Assembly (NCBI GenBank): GCA_965238005.1
Contig: OZ250165.1
Location: forward strand, 416,001 to 480,000
Origin: Longimicrobiales bacterium
GTDB taxonomy: Bacteria; Gemmatimonadota; Gemmatimonadetes; Longimicrobiales; Gaopeijiaceae
Direction: 5' to 3'
Length of the DNA: 64,000 nt
The notes under the pieces: generated by a model
Seen by the model: the letters and a program-made list of their open reading frames with translations, nothing else
Databases searched by the model: none
Told to the model about the DNA's origin: nothing
Part shown: positions 50,451 through 60,566 of the stretch, piece after piece
Position numbering within the stretch: position 1 is the first letter of the stretch
How the letters are laid out: each line of letters begins with the position of its first letter
Translations under genes and position numbers: made by a program

Positions 50451-52238
50451 TCAGTGACCCTTGTTCCGGATCGCTTCCTTGATGATGGCAACCGTGCGCT
50501 TCGCACGCGCGTCGGATATCTCGCGGGCCCACTCGAGCGACTGAGATAGGTCGGCGATCGAAACACCATTGATCACCGCCTGGTGCGTCTTCACCCGCTC
50601 TTGCCACCGAACGGAGTTGATGTCCGTGAGCATCATGTTGAGCGTGATGCCCGGGCTGTCGTGCAGCCCGTCCCGGGGCATCTCGTCCGTCGTGACGCCC
50701 AGTTCGCGAAGCACGTTGCGAGAGGCCTCGGGCGCCCTGTAGTACTCGCCGATGTGCGCAACGACCGGACTGCCGTGCCACTGCGCGTTTAGCTTCTCCG
50801 AAACCGCAGCCTGGCCACTCTGATTCCCACCACTGTCACCGATGAAGATGATGTTCTCGAAGCCGTGCATCTTCAGGCTGTGGGCCACGTCGATGAGCAC
50901 CGCCTCGAAGGTTTCCTGCCGAAGGCTGAGCGTTCCCGGGCTTCTCATGTGCCCGCTCTGGGGCTCGATGGAGCCCTCGGGCACCAGCTCCATGATCGGA
51001 GCGCAGAGGGCGTTCCCGAGCTTGCGCGCGATCGCGTCACAGTTGGCGCGCAGCACGTAGTTGTGCTTGCCCGTTACGAGCCATGGGCCGTTCGGCTCGA
51101 TGCCCCCGGTCGAAATGATGGCCGTCGTCTTGCCCGCGGCGAGCGCATCGCGGACGTCCATCCACGTCATCTCCTCAATCCACACCGTGCTGGCGGTGGG
51201 CAGAGGATTCGGCGTGTCGGAACAGTTGTACGCGTTCTGACGGCAGTCACCGCCGCCCATGGTGCGCGGGTCGGGCGCCGGCCGCTCTCCGCGCCCCGCG
51301 AACTGCCGCTGTGCGCGCGGGTTAGCAGGCAGTGTTCCCTTGTTCGCGATCGCTTCCCTGATCGCGGCAGCGGTGCTCCACGCCCGGAAGTCGACAATCT
51401 GCCTCGCCCACTCGAGCGACTGCACGCGGTCGGCGATCGAGACGCCGTTGATGCTCGCCAAGCCCGCCGCGCTGCGCTCGTCGTACCGCACCGACGACGG
51501 ATCGGTGATCATCATGTTGAGCGTGATGACGGGGTCGTCGTGCAGGTTGTCCCTCTCCCCGCCCACCAAGCCCTGCCCTTCCATGTAACGTCCGACGCTC
51601 CCGTAGTCATAATACTCCTGGACATGCGCCACGACCGGGCTGGCCTCCCACTCACCGTTCAACTTCTCGGCCACGGCTCTCTGACCACTCTGGTTCCCGC
51701 CGCTGTCACCGATGAAGAGGATGTTCTGGAAGCCGTGCATCTTCAGGCTACGCGCCACGTCTGTGAGCACCGCCTCGAAGGTCTCCTGGCGAAGGCTCAG
51801 GGTGCCCGGGCTGGTCATGTGCCCGCTCTGCGGCTCGATGGAGCCCTCCGGCACCAGCTTGATGATCGGCGTGCAGATCGCGTTTCCGAGCTCCCGCGCG
51901 ATCGCCTCACAGTTGGCGCGCAACACGTAGTTGTGCTTGCCCGTGACAAGCCAAGGACCGTTCGGGTCCATGCCCCCGGTCGAAATGATGGCCGTCGTCT
52001 TGCCGGCGGCGAGCGCGTCCCGGACATCCATCCACGTCATCTCTTCCAGCCACACTGTGCTCGCCGTGGGCAGCGGATTCGGCGTATCCACGCAGTTGTA
52101 CACGTTGTCTCGGCAGTCCCCGCCACCCATCGTGCGCGGATCGGGAGCTCGTTGCTGTCGCTGCCCAGCGGCCTGCGAGATAGGCGCCACGAGTGCAGTG
52201 GCAACGAGCACTGCACTGACGGTCAAGACTTTCTTCAT
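50451..52238 (-). CDS. Secreted protein with two tandem creatininase-family domains
   Basis: Two copies of 'EEMTWMDVRDA..GG(M/I)(D/E)PNGPWLVTGKHN..PGTLSL..GDSGGNQ..LHD'. Confidence 0.88.
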   Translation of the reverse strand: MKKVLTVSAVLVATALVAPISQAAGQRQQRAPDPRTMGGGDCRDNVYNCVDTPNPLPTASTVWLEEMTWMDVRDALAAGKTTAIISTGGMDPNGPWLVTGKHNYVLRANCEAIARELGNAICTPIIKLVPEGSIEPQSGHMTSPGTLSLRQETFEAVLTDVARSLKMHGFQNILFIGDSGGNQSGQRAVAEKLNGEWEASPVVAHVQEYYDYGSVGRYMEGQGLVGGERDNLHDDPVITLNMMITDPSSVRYDERSAAGLASINGVSIADRVQSLEWARQIVDFRAWSTAAAIREAIANKGTLPANPRAQRQFAGRGERPAPDPRTMGGGDCRQNAYNCSDTPNPLPTASTVWIEEMTWMDVRDALAAGKTTAIISTGGIEPNGPWLVTGKHNYVLRANCDAIARKLGNALCAPIMELVPEGSIEPQSGHMRSPGTLSLRQETFEAVLIDVAHSLKMHGFENIIFIGDSGGNQSGQAAVSEKLNAQWHGSPVVAHIGEYYRAPEASRNVLRELGVTTDEMPRDGLHDSPGITLNMMLTDINSVRWQERVKTHQAVINGVSIADLSQSLEWAREISDARAKRTVAIIKEAIRNKGH

Positions 52239-52378
52239 AACGTCACCTCCGAAAGGTCGGGCCTCTCGTCCGAGCGGGTCCAGCGGAGAACTTCGGATCC
52301 ACCACGCCTCAACGACTCACTCCGGGATCAGACCGAGGTCAACATCCGAGAGCGGGCCGGGAGGCGCAAGCCGTCCCG

Positions 52379-53632
52379 CTACCTCATCCCCTCATCCAGC
52401 AGCCGCTCGAGCTCCGCGTCCGACCGATCCTCAAGCCCGAGGGTCGGCTCCCACTTCGGGTAGGTGCCCCACGTCGCGGCCCACAGACGGCCACGGGTGT
52501 CCACGCCGAGCTGTACGGGATTCACGAGCTCCGGAAACATCTCTTCGGAGGCGAAGACGTTAGCACTGAGTCCGGGCTCCAGGCGCATCTGGGCGATCCC
52601 CTGCTCGGCGGTCAGAAAGTCGAGCGTGCCGAGCTTGCTGAAGCCGCCCTGTTCCTGCGGCTCGTCGAGGTTCGAGACAACCTCGACCGGTGCGGGGACG
52701 TTGGAGTCGTCCGGTTGAATCGATTCTCCGTTGGCCGCCGCCCAGATGACGCGGTCCCGGTTCGCCGTCAAGCGATCGAACTGGACTAGCTCCTGTTGCA
52801 GGACGTCGTAGTTCGTCTGGCCGTCAGTGAATGCGAGCGTAGACCGGGTGCCCCAGATGTCGTTGCCGTCCGTGGCCCGATAGCGGTTGAACCAGTGGCG
52901 GTTCTTGTCGAGCACGGCGGTTCGGATCGCGTCGATCGTACCCGGGTCGGTGGGGGGGGTGCGGCCCGTCACTTCGCGTACGATGACTTCGGCGATCTGC
53001 CTGTTGCCGACTTCGCCGAGATGTACGCCGTCGATGGTCAACGGCTCCTTGGCGGCCTCGAATAACCGCTGGGACGCGGTGTACAGGTCGACGTAACCGA
53101 CGCCCAGTTCGCCGGCGACCGATTCGGTGGCGTCGGCGTAGCGAGCGAGGCGCGCGTTGTTCTCGCTTCCGTCCGGGAAGTTGGGGTCGTTCAGGTTCTC
53201 GTGCGCGATGGGTGAGAAGAGCACGACGTCGGGCGGCCCGTGGCCCGAGTAGTCCTGGGCCCGCGTGTGGGTGATCCACTTCGTCAGCGCGACACCGTAG
53301 GCGGCCGGGTCCTCATCGTAGGACTCGTTGTAGCCGAACATCGCGAAGATCACGGTGGCCTGTGAGAGCCCGAGGTAGTCGTCCGGAGAAGGGAAGCCCT
53401 CACTTCGTGGACGATGATCGACGCGGTCGCCCGTGAAGCCATGATTGCGAATCACCAGCTCATGCTCCGGCAAGGCCGCGTGCATATACGCTTCCAGCCA
53501 GCCGTGGTGCTGCATGCGGTCGGCGAGCGCGTTGCCGACGAGGACGATGTGCGCTCCAGGCTCCAGCTCGACGGCCGGTGGCGTGCAAGCGTTTACGAGG
53601 AGTGGCAGGGTCAACAGAATCGGTCTCTTCAT
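52379..53632 (-). pseudogene. SGNH/GDSL plus PVC-type dehydrogenase-domain protein, 3'-truncated
   Basis: 'GNALADRMQHHGW', 'FGYNES', 'DGVHL', 'FASEEMFPELVNP..TYPKWEP', then unrelated tail. Confidence 0.75.
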
Positions 53633-54708
53633 CGATCGAGTGCTCCATCCAGACCCGCGGAGCCCGTTGAGGTCGGTCTGTCGGGTGACATGATGGGAGA
53701 GTCGAAACTCGCGAGGTCGGCCGGGCGGACGCCGCGTCGGTATCCGTCGAAGCTGAACCCAACTGGGTGGTACGGGCCGACCAGCGAGACGTCGTCGTCA
53801 CGCCGGATTTCGTCCTCCAGGCCCATGGTCCACAGGACGGCGTTGATCAGCATCCGTCGGAAGCCGTCGTTCAGGAAATCCTCCGAGGCGCCGTGGGTGG
53901 ACGTGAACACCCGCGCCGGGTTTCCGCTCGCGCCGGTATAGATGCGGGTCCAGGCCACCGGGAGCGTCTCTTTGTCCGGGTCTGGCGGTGCACCGAACTC
54001 CATTCCGTTCAGAACCAGACCAGCAGCGAGGACATCCGCGTCGTCCGGGGGATACGCCTGGTAACCGCCGGACTGCACGTGCATGTCGTCGACGCCCCGC
54101 AGGATCGGATGGTCGAGCCGTGCCTCGACCGGTATCACGCGTGAGCTCTGCTCGTGGTTCGTCCCGTAGTGTCCGACCCAGGTCTCGCCCAGGACCTGTT
54201 CCCCGAATCCCTGCAAATACTCCTCTCCGTCGTAGTTCCATGAGTACTTCACGAAGGGGCCGTCGTCGATCTGGAACGCATGGGTCGCGGTGCGCAGACC
54301 CATGACAGGACCACCCCGATCGAGGTAGTCGACGATGTGCTGCATCTCCGCGGCGGGGAAGTCCTGGAACCGAAGCGCCACCACCATGAGATCCGCCGTT
54401 TCCAGCGCCTCCAGTCCGGCGATGTTCGAGCTGCCCGGTTCGATGAATCCTTCGTCGTCCAGGGTGAAGAACACACTGGCCTTGAAACCGTATCGTTGCG
54501 CGAGAATCCGACCCATGGCCGGCAGGAGCTCTTCCGATCGGTATTCGTGGTCGCCGGAGATCAGTACCACGTGCTTGCCCGCTCCCGGGCCGGACGTGCC
54601 GTCGAACGTCACGCGGTAGGGATTGTCATCTGGGGGTCCAGGGATGCCCCCGGGGGCGCAGGCCAAGGCGGCCACGGCGCAAGCCGCGACCCAGAGTCGG
54701 ACGTCCAT
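53629..54708 (-). CDS. ThuA-like (class I GATase-like) lipoprotein
   Basis: 'ALAC' lipobox, 'SGDHEYRSEE', 'GLRTATHAF', 'RVFTSTHGA'. Confidence 0.82.
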   Translation of the reverse strand: MDVRLWVAACAVAALACAPGGIPGPPDDNPYRVTFDGTSGPGAGKHVVLISGDHEYRSEELLPAMGRILAQRYGFKASVFFTLDDEGFIEPGSSNIAGLEALETADLMVVALRFQDFPAAEMQHIVDYLDRGGPVMGLRTATHAFQIDDGPFVKYSWNYDGEEYLQGFGEQVLGETWVGHYGTNHEQSSRVIPVEARLDHPILRGVDDMHVQSGGYQAYPPDDADVLAAGLVLNGMEFGAPPDPDKETLPVAWTRIYTGASGNPARVFTSTHGASEDFLNDGFRRMLINAVLWTMGLEDEIRRDDDVSLVGPYHPVGFSFDGYRRGVRPADLASFDSPIMSPDRPTSTGSAGLDGALDR

Positions 54709-54883
54709 GGAGCCTCCGTTCCCGTGGTGGTCGAGGGTGTCGCGCCAGGGCGCCCCACCATTATGCCCGCCGGGAGGGATTTGTACCAGTTGCGGGGGTG
54801 ATACCTGTCGGAGCCGTGACGGAGCACGGTGCCGTCATCCCCGTGCGCTCGTTCTCGCCCGTGCGCTCGTTCTCGAAAAGGGC

Positions 54884-54955
54884 GTCTGACCGAGACCGGA
54901 CTCGGCGTCGGTACACCACGCTACATGAGTCCCGAGCAGGCGACGGGTGATCAGC
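54884..54955 (+). pseudogene. Ser/Thr kinase activation-loop fragment
   Basis: 'RLTETGLGVGTPRYMSPEQATGD'. Confidence 0.75.
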
Positions 54956-55193
54956 ACGTCTTCTGGTTCACCGATGATCGGTTTTTGGACACCAACCTGA
55001 GGTCAGTGACTCGTGGTCCCCGAGGTGGCGTCCTCCACGTGTAGGGCGACGACGGCGAGCACGACGTCGTCCCTCCGCGTCATTCCGAACTGGTTTGTAT
55101 CGAAGCGAAAAAACAACTCAAAAAACAACGACCCCGTAGCCCGCATAGGCCCCGTGGTCGTCCAAGTGCTTGCAGCACAGCGTACTACGACAG

Positions 55194-55239
55194 TGAGCCG
55201 GGTGGGTCTCGAACCCACGACCTACGAATTAAAAGTTCG
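55194..55239 (-). tRNA. 3' half of tRNA-Lys(TTT), att-site remnant
   Basis: Minus strand CGAA-ctTTTaa-TTCG, AGGTC, GTGGG-TTCGAGA-CCCAC, CCGGCTC-A; flanked by AAAAAACAAC x2 (55108-55129). Confidence 0.8.
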
Positions 55240-55443
55240 ATCGCAGTATATACCCAGAATGCTCGCGAGGTAGTCTAAGTTGCTGTGAGTTCGGCGCTCA
55301 AGTAGGGGTCGGAATCACGGCAGCGTGACCGAACAACCTAGATGGATCGCGCGATTTGCCGCCTTCGCGATTCGGGGATGTCGTGATCTGCCGGGGTCAA
55401 TCGACAGGAGAACCGCCAGGTGCCGTTGCGGCAGGGTGTAAGA

Positions 55444-55486
55444 ATATCTAACATTGTTGTCGGGCATCTGCCGCTATGTTAGATAT
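55444..55486. promoter_or_regulatory. 11-bp perfect inverted repeat, candidate XRE operator
   Basis: ATATCTAACAT-N21-ATGTTAGATAT, 32 bp upstream of the XRE ATG. Confidence 0.65.
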
Positions 55487-55518
55487 CGCCCCCCCCGAGA
55501 AGGACGGGTTGACCAGGT

Positions 55519-56829
55519 ATGGCTGAGAAACTGAAGGATATCAGTAGCATTCTCCGGCAAGCGCGGACGTCACGTGGTCTCACCCAGGCTGACATCGCAC
55601 CTCAGCTTGGTGTATCGCGAGCCACCATCGCCCATATCGAGACAGGACGGCGATCCGTGAAGGCTGAAGATCTGCGCCGGCTAGCTGCCTTCTATGGCTG
55701 TAGCCTCAGCGAGCTCCTTCCCCCGGCTACCGACGACCAGGAAGTGGATGGCCTTGGCGAGCTGTTCCGCGCCCATCCTGACCTCTCGGAAGATCAGGGT
55801 CCGAGTTCCTTCGCCGGTGTGTGCGCGACCGCGAGAGCACTCACCGATCTGGAAGCAAGACTTGAGATCGACGCCACTGTACACTCGCTTCCTTCCTACC
55901 GGGTTGAGCACGGAAATATGCCGTGGCAAGCGGCACGGGAAGGATATCGCATTGCGGAGGATGAGCGGCGGCGCCTAGCACTTGGAGAGGGGCCCATCCG
56001 TTTCGTTGACGAACTGCTCATGACGTCGGGCGTTCGTTCGGCCAACGCGACTCTGCCGACAGGAATCCTCTCGATTTCGATCGGTGAACCGGACCACGGC
56101 CTTCTTGTTGTGGTCGAGAAGAACCTTGGTCTCGAACACCGCCGCTTCAGATACGCACACGGACTTGCCCACTTCCTGTTCGATACCGAAGCCCCGTGGC
56201 GCGTGTGCAAATCTGGCGGAGCGCCTGAGTTTCCGGAGGTGAGGGCCGACGCTTTCGCCAGCGCCCTTCTGATTCCCCAGTATGGTTTGCGTCGATACGT
56301 CGAGACCCTCGGCAAAGAGACACTGGGACGCGCTGGGCCCACAGTGCTGTCCGTGTTTTCAGAGGGCGACGGTCGCGACAAGACGGGCGAGAGCCGTCGC
56401 GTGGATGGTCGCCAGCGCAGGGGTCGTCATCCGATCACGTTGTCGGACGTCCTACGGACGGCTCACTACTACGGCACGAGCCCCAGCGTGGCTGCGCATC
56501 GTTTGAGAAACCTCCGACTTTTGACAGACCGTGAACTCGATCAACTAAAAACGATGTTGCGCAGTGAAAAGCATACGCCGATCGAAGGGGAACTTGCGCT
56601 GCAGGCCCATGATATGGACTCCCTCTGTTCTCGTCTGGCGGCGCTCGCGGCCAGTGCACTCCATCGGGGGAATATCGATACCCCCAGATTCAACGAACTA
56701 GCGGATCTCGCGGGAGTTCGCGTGGCAGACCGAAAGGGTCTCTTAGCCACTGCGGCCACGCCTCCACAACAAGAGCATGGGAGTTCTAGCCAAACTCCGC
56801 GCCGCGCTACGTCGGCGACTTCCCCATGA
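55519..56829 (+). CDS. XRE HTH fused to ImmA/IrrE (M78)-like domain
   Basis: 'LTQADIA..VSRATIAHIETG'; 'RRFRYAHGLAH' (HExxH with E->G); 'EVRADAFASALLIP'. Confidence 0.88.
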   Translation: MAEKLKDISSILRQARTSRGLTQADIAPQLGVSRATIAHIETGRRSVKAEDLRRLAAFYGCSLSELLPPATDDQEVDGLGELFRAHPDLSEDQGPSSFAGVCATARALTDLEARLEIDATVHSLPSYRVEHGNMPWQAAREGYRIAEDERRRLALGEGPIRFVDELLMTSGVRSANATLPTGILSISIGEPDHGLLVVVEKNLGLEHRRFRYAHGLAHFLFDTEAPWRVCKSGGAPEFPEVRADAFASALLIPQYGLRRYVETLGKETLGRAGPTVLSVFSEGDGRDKTGESRRVDGRQRRGRHPITLSDVLRTAHYYGTSPSVAAHRLRNLRLLTDRELDQLKTMLRSEKHTPIEGELALQAHDMDSLCSRLAALAASALHRGNIDTPRFNELADLAGVRVADRKGLLATAATPPQQEHGSSSQTPRRATSATSP

Positions 56830-57707
56830 ACCTCGACGCGCGGCTTTCCGTCATGACCAGCGCTCCGCTCCACGACACATCGACGGACTCTCAGGAGATG
56901 CTGGCGTTGCTCGGACAGCTTCATATGGATTCGCTACCGCTTCTCGACCAAGTAAGACCTGGGTTGGACCACAGCCAGGCCGTCGGTGTGAATGCCAAGG
57001 GCGACGAGCAGAAGCCCTTTGACATCGCTGCTGACGAATGGATTCGACAGTGGCTTTCAGAACACTTCGAAAGCGGTGTCGTGGAGTCTGAGGAGCAGAC
57101 GGGTGCGTTCGAGTTCGGGCGCGGCGAACAAGGCTACCGATTCATCGTCGACCCGGTCGATGGTTCCGACAACTTCGCGCGTGGCCTGCCGCTGTCCGCC
57201 ATCTCGCTGGCCATGCTTCCACGACAGACATCGCTCTCCGCGGACGGAGTCATCTTCGCGTCGGTTGGTGCCACATCGGGCCCTGGAGCCGTCGTCGCGG
57301 CGCGCGGAAACGGAGCTTACTCATCAGACGGCCGACGCTTGCACACGTCGGAGACGCGCCGTCTTCGCGACGCGTTTATCTCCTGCGAACTGAACCATTG
57401 GGCGCCGGACGCCTCTCTCGCCGACCTGATGCGGACCTGCGCCGGCATACGCGTCTACGGCTGTGCTTCACGTGCTCTGTGCCTGGTGGCAGACGGAGCT
57501 CTGGATGCCCATATCGACGTCAGGAGCCGATTGACGCCGGAGAGTTTTCTCGCGGCCTCGTTAATCGTCACCGAGGCCGATGGCCACATCTGTCGTCTCG
57601 ACGGCGGGGCGCTCGGTCCATTTGAATCGCTGCAGGATCGCACGACCCTCGTCGCCGCATCGACCAAAGAGCTTACGGAGGAGATCATCAATGCCCTCGC
57701 TAGATAG
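56826..57707 (+). CDS. Inositol monophosphatase / FIG-family phosphatase
   Basis: 'ESEE', 'IVDPVDGSDNF', 'GCAS..LCLVADG'; ATGA overlap with the XRE gene. Confidence 0.88.
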   Translation: MNLDARLSVMTSAPLHDTSTDSQEMLALLGQLHMDSLPLLDQVRPGLDHSQAVGVNAKGDEQKPFDIAADEWIRQWLSEHFESGVVESEEQTGAFEFGRGEQGYRFIVDPVDGSDNFARGLPLSAISLAMLPRQTSLSADGVIFASVGATSGPGAVVAARGNGAYSSDGRRLHTSETRRLRDAFISCELNHWAPDASLADLMRTCAGIRVYGCASRALCLVADGALDAHIDVRSRLTPESFLAASLIVTEADGHICRLDGGALGPFESLQDRTTLVAASTKELTEEIINALAR

Positions 57708-59226
57708 AGTTCCACGCCGGGAAACGGTCGCTCCGCTGGCCGTGATTCTCGCGGCCGGCAATGGGAGCCGCTTGCGGAGCGATCGTTCGGCCGTGCCCAA
57801 ACCGCTCGTCCACTTGCGAGGTCTGTCGATGGCCGAGAGATCGATAGTACAACTGCTCACGGCGGGTGTGGAGCGATTTGTCGTCGTTCTCGGGTATGAC
57901 GCAGCGCTTGTCCAGCACGAATTCGAGCGGGTTGCAAGACGACGTCGCTGCCATATCACTTTTGTTGAGGCTGAGAACTGGGAAAGAGGCAACGGCTGTT
58001 CCGCGGTCGCCGCCGCTCCGTTGGTCGGCGACAGCCCGTTTCTCTTGGCCATGGTCGATCACCTGCTACCCCCGGAAATGATCCGGGATGTGCTGGCTAA
58101 TCCACCGGCACAGGACGAAATCGCGCTCGCCGTCGATCATGATACAGAAAACGTGTTCGACCTTCCCGATCTCACCAAGGTCGAGGTGTCGGGAGGGTGC
58201 ATCGCAGCGATTGGAAAAGACCTCGCGATTTGGAATGCGGGCGACACGGGCCTGTTTTACTGTTCGTCAAGGCTGTTCGAGGGGCTGGCGAGAGCGCACG
58301 AGCAGGGCAAGTTTTCGTTGACGGACGGGATCCGAGAATGCGTTGCACAGGGTGGGGTTCGAGCGATCGATGTGACCCGAGCGCGTTGGCTCGATGTGGA
58401 TACGCCGGAAGCATCTCAGGAGGCGGTGCACCGGATCGACGCGGCCATGGGGAAAGGTGGAGAAGATGGCTTCATCTCCCAATACATAAACCGTCCGCTC
58501 TCCCGTCGCCTTTCGGTGGCTCTATCGAGAACGCCCCTGACACCCAATCACATCACACTCCTATCCTTCTTCATAGGGCTGCTTGGCGCCGTCGGTTTGG
58601 CCACCACGGACCCGTGGTTCTGGATCGCCGGAGGGATACTCATTCAGATCGCCTCTATCGTGGATGGGTGCGACGGTGAGATCGCACGCATCAAGTTGCT
58701 TCAAAGTCCACAAGGTGCCTGGCTTGATACGGTGTTGGATCGGTATTCTGACCTGGCAGTCGGGCTCGCCGTGACATTCGCCGCGTCACAGCTGTACGAC
58801 GCGGCCTGGGTTTGGCCAGCCGGCTTCGCTGCAACGGCCAGCTTCCTCATGGCGAGCTATGTCACCAAGGAATTCCAGATTCGGTTTCAACGTCCGTATC
58901 CCAATAATCTCGTAAACAAGCTCAAGCGTCGTGATCTTCGAATTCTTGCCATCGCGGTCGGGGCTGCGCTGGGACACCCGCTTGTGGCGCTGCTGGCCAT
59001 CGGGTCACTCACTCACCTTGCCGTGTTCCAAATACTGGTGTCTGGCTGGCATACCACTCTCGCGCTCCATCCATCACACGCGCCGATAGCACTCACGAGC
59101 CGAGGACGATCGTCTGAACGCATGCCGCTGGGCATCAGCGTTGGCGCTACGGCTGGCCATACGAGCGGAGCTGCAGCCGTGGACGGAGTACTTCGAGGGA
59201 AGCTTCAGCATCAAGTACGCTCTTGA
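57691..59226 (+). CDS. Bifunctional NTP-transferase / CDP-alcohol phosphotransferase (IPCT/DIPPS-like)
   Basis: 'ILAAGNGSRL..PKPL', 'GNGCS', 'MVDH', 'DTGLF', 'WLDVDTPE', then 'TPNHIT', 'DGCDGEIAR..GAWLDTVLDRYSD'; GGAGG RBS. Confidence 0.9.
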   Translation: MPSLDRVPRRETVAPLAVILAAGNGSRLRSDRSAVPKPLVHLRGLSMAERSIVQLLTAGVERFVVVLGYDAALVQHEFERVARRRRCHITFVEAENWERGNGCSAVAAAPLVGDSPFLLAMVDHLLPPEMIRDVLANPPAQDEIALAVDHDTENVFDLPDLTKVEVSGGCIAAIGKDLAIWNAGDTGLFYCSSRLFEGLARAHEQGKFSLTDGIRECVAQGGVRAIDVTRARWLDVDTPEASQEAVHRIDAAMGKGGEDGFISQYINRPLSRRLSVALSRTPLTPNHITLLSFFIGLLGAVGLATTDPWFWIAGGILIQIASIVDGCDGEIARIKLLQSPQGAWLDTVLDRYSDLAVGLAVTFAASQLYDAAWVWPAGFAATASFLMASYVTKEFQIRFQRPYPNNLVNKLKRRDLRILAIAVGAALGHPLVALLAIGSLTHLAVFQILVSGWHTTLALHPSHAPIALTSRGRSSERMPLGISVGATAGHTSGAAAVDGVLRGKLQHQVRS

Positions 59227-59285
59227 GCCGCTCGTCCCGGAGCTGACCTACAACGATCTGGTCATTGTGGACGGGCTCGTAGCGA
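59185..59285 (+). pseudogene. DUF2779-like protein fragment
   Basis: 'YFEGSFSIKYALEPLVPELTYNDLVIVDGLVA'. Confidence 0.5.
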
Positions 59286-59384
59286 CCCGCCCCGCTGATC
59301 ACGGTGGAGAGCGGCCAGCCAGGATCGACGGCACCGGCGACCTCCTGCTCATGCAGCGTGAGGTCATGCGGTGCTCAAGACCGA

Positions 59385-59640
59385 TTAGCCTCTCAGCAGC
59401 GGGTCCAGCCTCGCAGCCGACTCTTCCTGCATGCCGGGCAGGACGTGCGAATACGTGTCCATCGTAAGCGTGATCGGCGCGTGCCCGAGCATCTCTTGTA
59501 CGACCTTCGGGTGCTCGCCGTTAACGAGACGGAGCGTCGCGGCCGTGTGTCGAAGATCGTAAAGCCTCATGTCCGGCAGCCCGGCGGCCTCAAGGATCGG
59601 CTTGAAGTACCGCTTCTTTAGATTGTTGGACTCGAGCGGT
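59385..59640 (-). pseudogene. Tyrosine integrase C-terminus
   Basis: 'YDLRHTAATL..PKVVQEMLGH..TMDTYSHV'. Confidence 0.88.
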
Positions 59641-59694
59641 TCCACGCGATGCAGCACCCACTGCGCCGAGCGATGTTCTCCTCCGGGGGCCCGA

Positions 59695-59961
59695 AGACGC
59701 AACTACGAACTCCTGCTCGAGGCGGGGTTCAGCGCTCCGGAGGTCGTCCAGATCATGAGCGCCAACGGCGCCAAGGTGCTTGGGATCGACGGCGATGTGG
59801 GCACGGTCGAGGCCGGCAAGGTCGCCGACCTGGTCGTGATCGAGGGAGACCTCGAGGCGGTCCAGAACCTGCACGGGACGAAGATCGTCTTCCGGCATGG
59901 CACCGGCTGGGACTCGGCCAAGCTGATCGAATCGATCAGGGGGATCGTCGGCATCCGCTGA
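59695..59961 (+). pseudogene. Amidohydrolase C-terminal fragment
   Basis: 'NYELLLEAGF..NGAKVLG..GTVEAGKVADLVVIEGD'. Confidence 0.75.
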
Positions 59962-60566
59962 GGCGTCTGCATCGTCCTGTTTTCGGGTCGTAAATCCGCA
60001 TTCGTTCTTCGTAGGATGCAGTTCGATACCCGCAGAGCGGAAAAAGTCCACGTTACCCGCCTACCCGATGTCGTCCACCGCACACGACTCGTCCGGCGGA
60101 TGCGCCTCTCCGAGCGGGCCGGACCATAAGCGACGCACTGCTCCACGCCCGCGATCCGCGCCACGTGCTTCTGGTCGTAAGTGCCTGGGCTCGCGACGAG
60201 CTTGGCGGGGGTCCGACCACCCGCTCGATCGCCCGTTGCAGGGCGGCCACCAGAGGAGAGCCGTCAGGCGCCTGGGTCGGGAGCACGGTCATGCGGACCG
60301 TAACGGTGTATCGCCGCCCGGGGTCGGCTGCTTCGGCGGTGGAGGCCGAAAAAGCCGTTCCAATCCATACCGGCTGCGGTTCTGAGGAGAGGCCGGCTTC
60401 ACCGAAGCGCTCTTCGACCCCGATCAGTGCGACGCTTCAGCGCCGCCTCGTACTCCAACACCAGCGGCACCGAGACGACTATTTAGAACGGTGCGTCCGG
60501 TCCGACCATCCTGATAACTCGGTAGGATGCACCCCGCCTGGAGCTTGATGGTCGCGGTGCTACTGC

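Noticed and set aside
54809..54876. 5' half of tRNA-Ser (GGAGCCG...) and a short CGTGCGCTCGTTCTCG duplication
   Set aside because: No D arm or anticodon arm follows; the duplication has only two copies and no interpretable context
7085..54955. Two kinase fragments as halves of one split gene
   Set aside because: This kinase family is typically highly multicopy, the DFG region is missing from both, and no shared junction sequence was seen
59960..60560. Further att or tRNA remnants
   Set aside because: A single GTTACCC and AT-richer patches, but no recognisable T arm or anticodon arm
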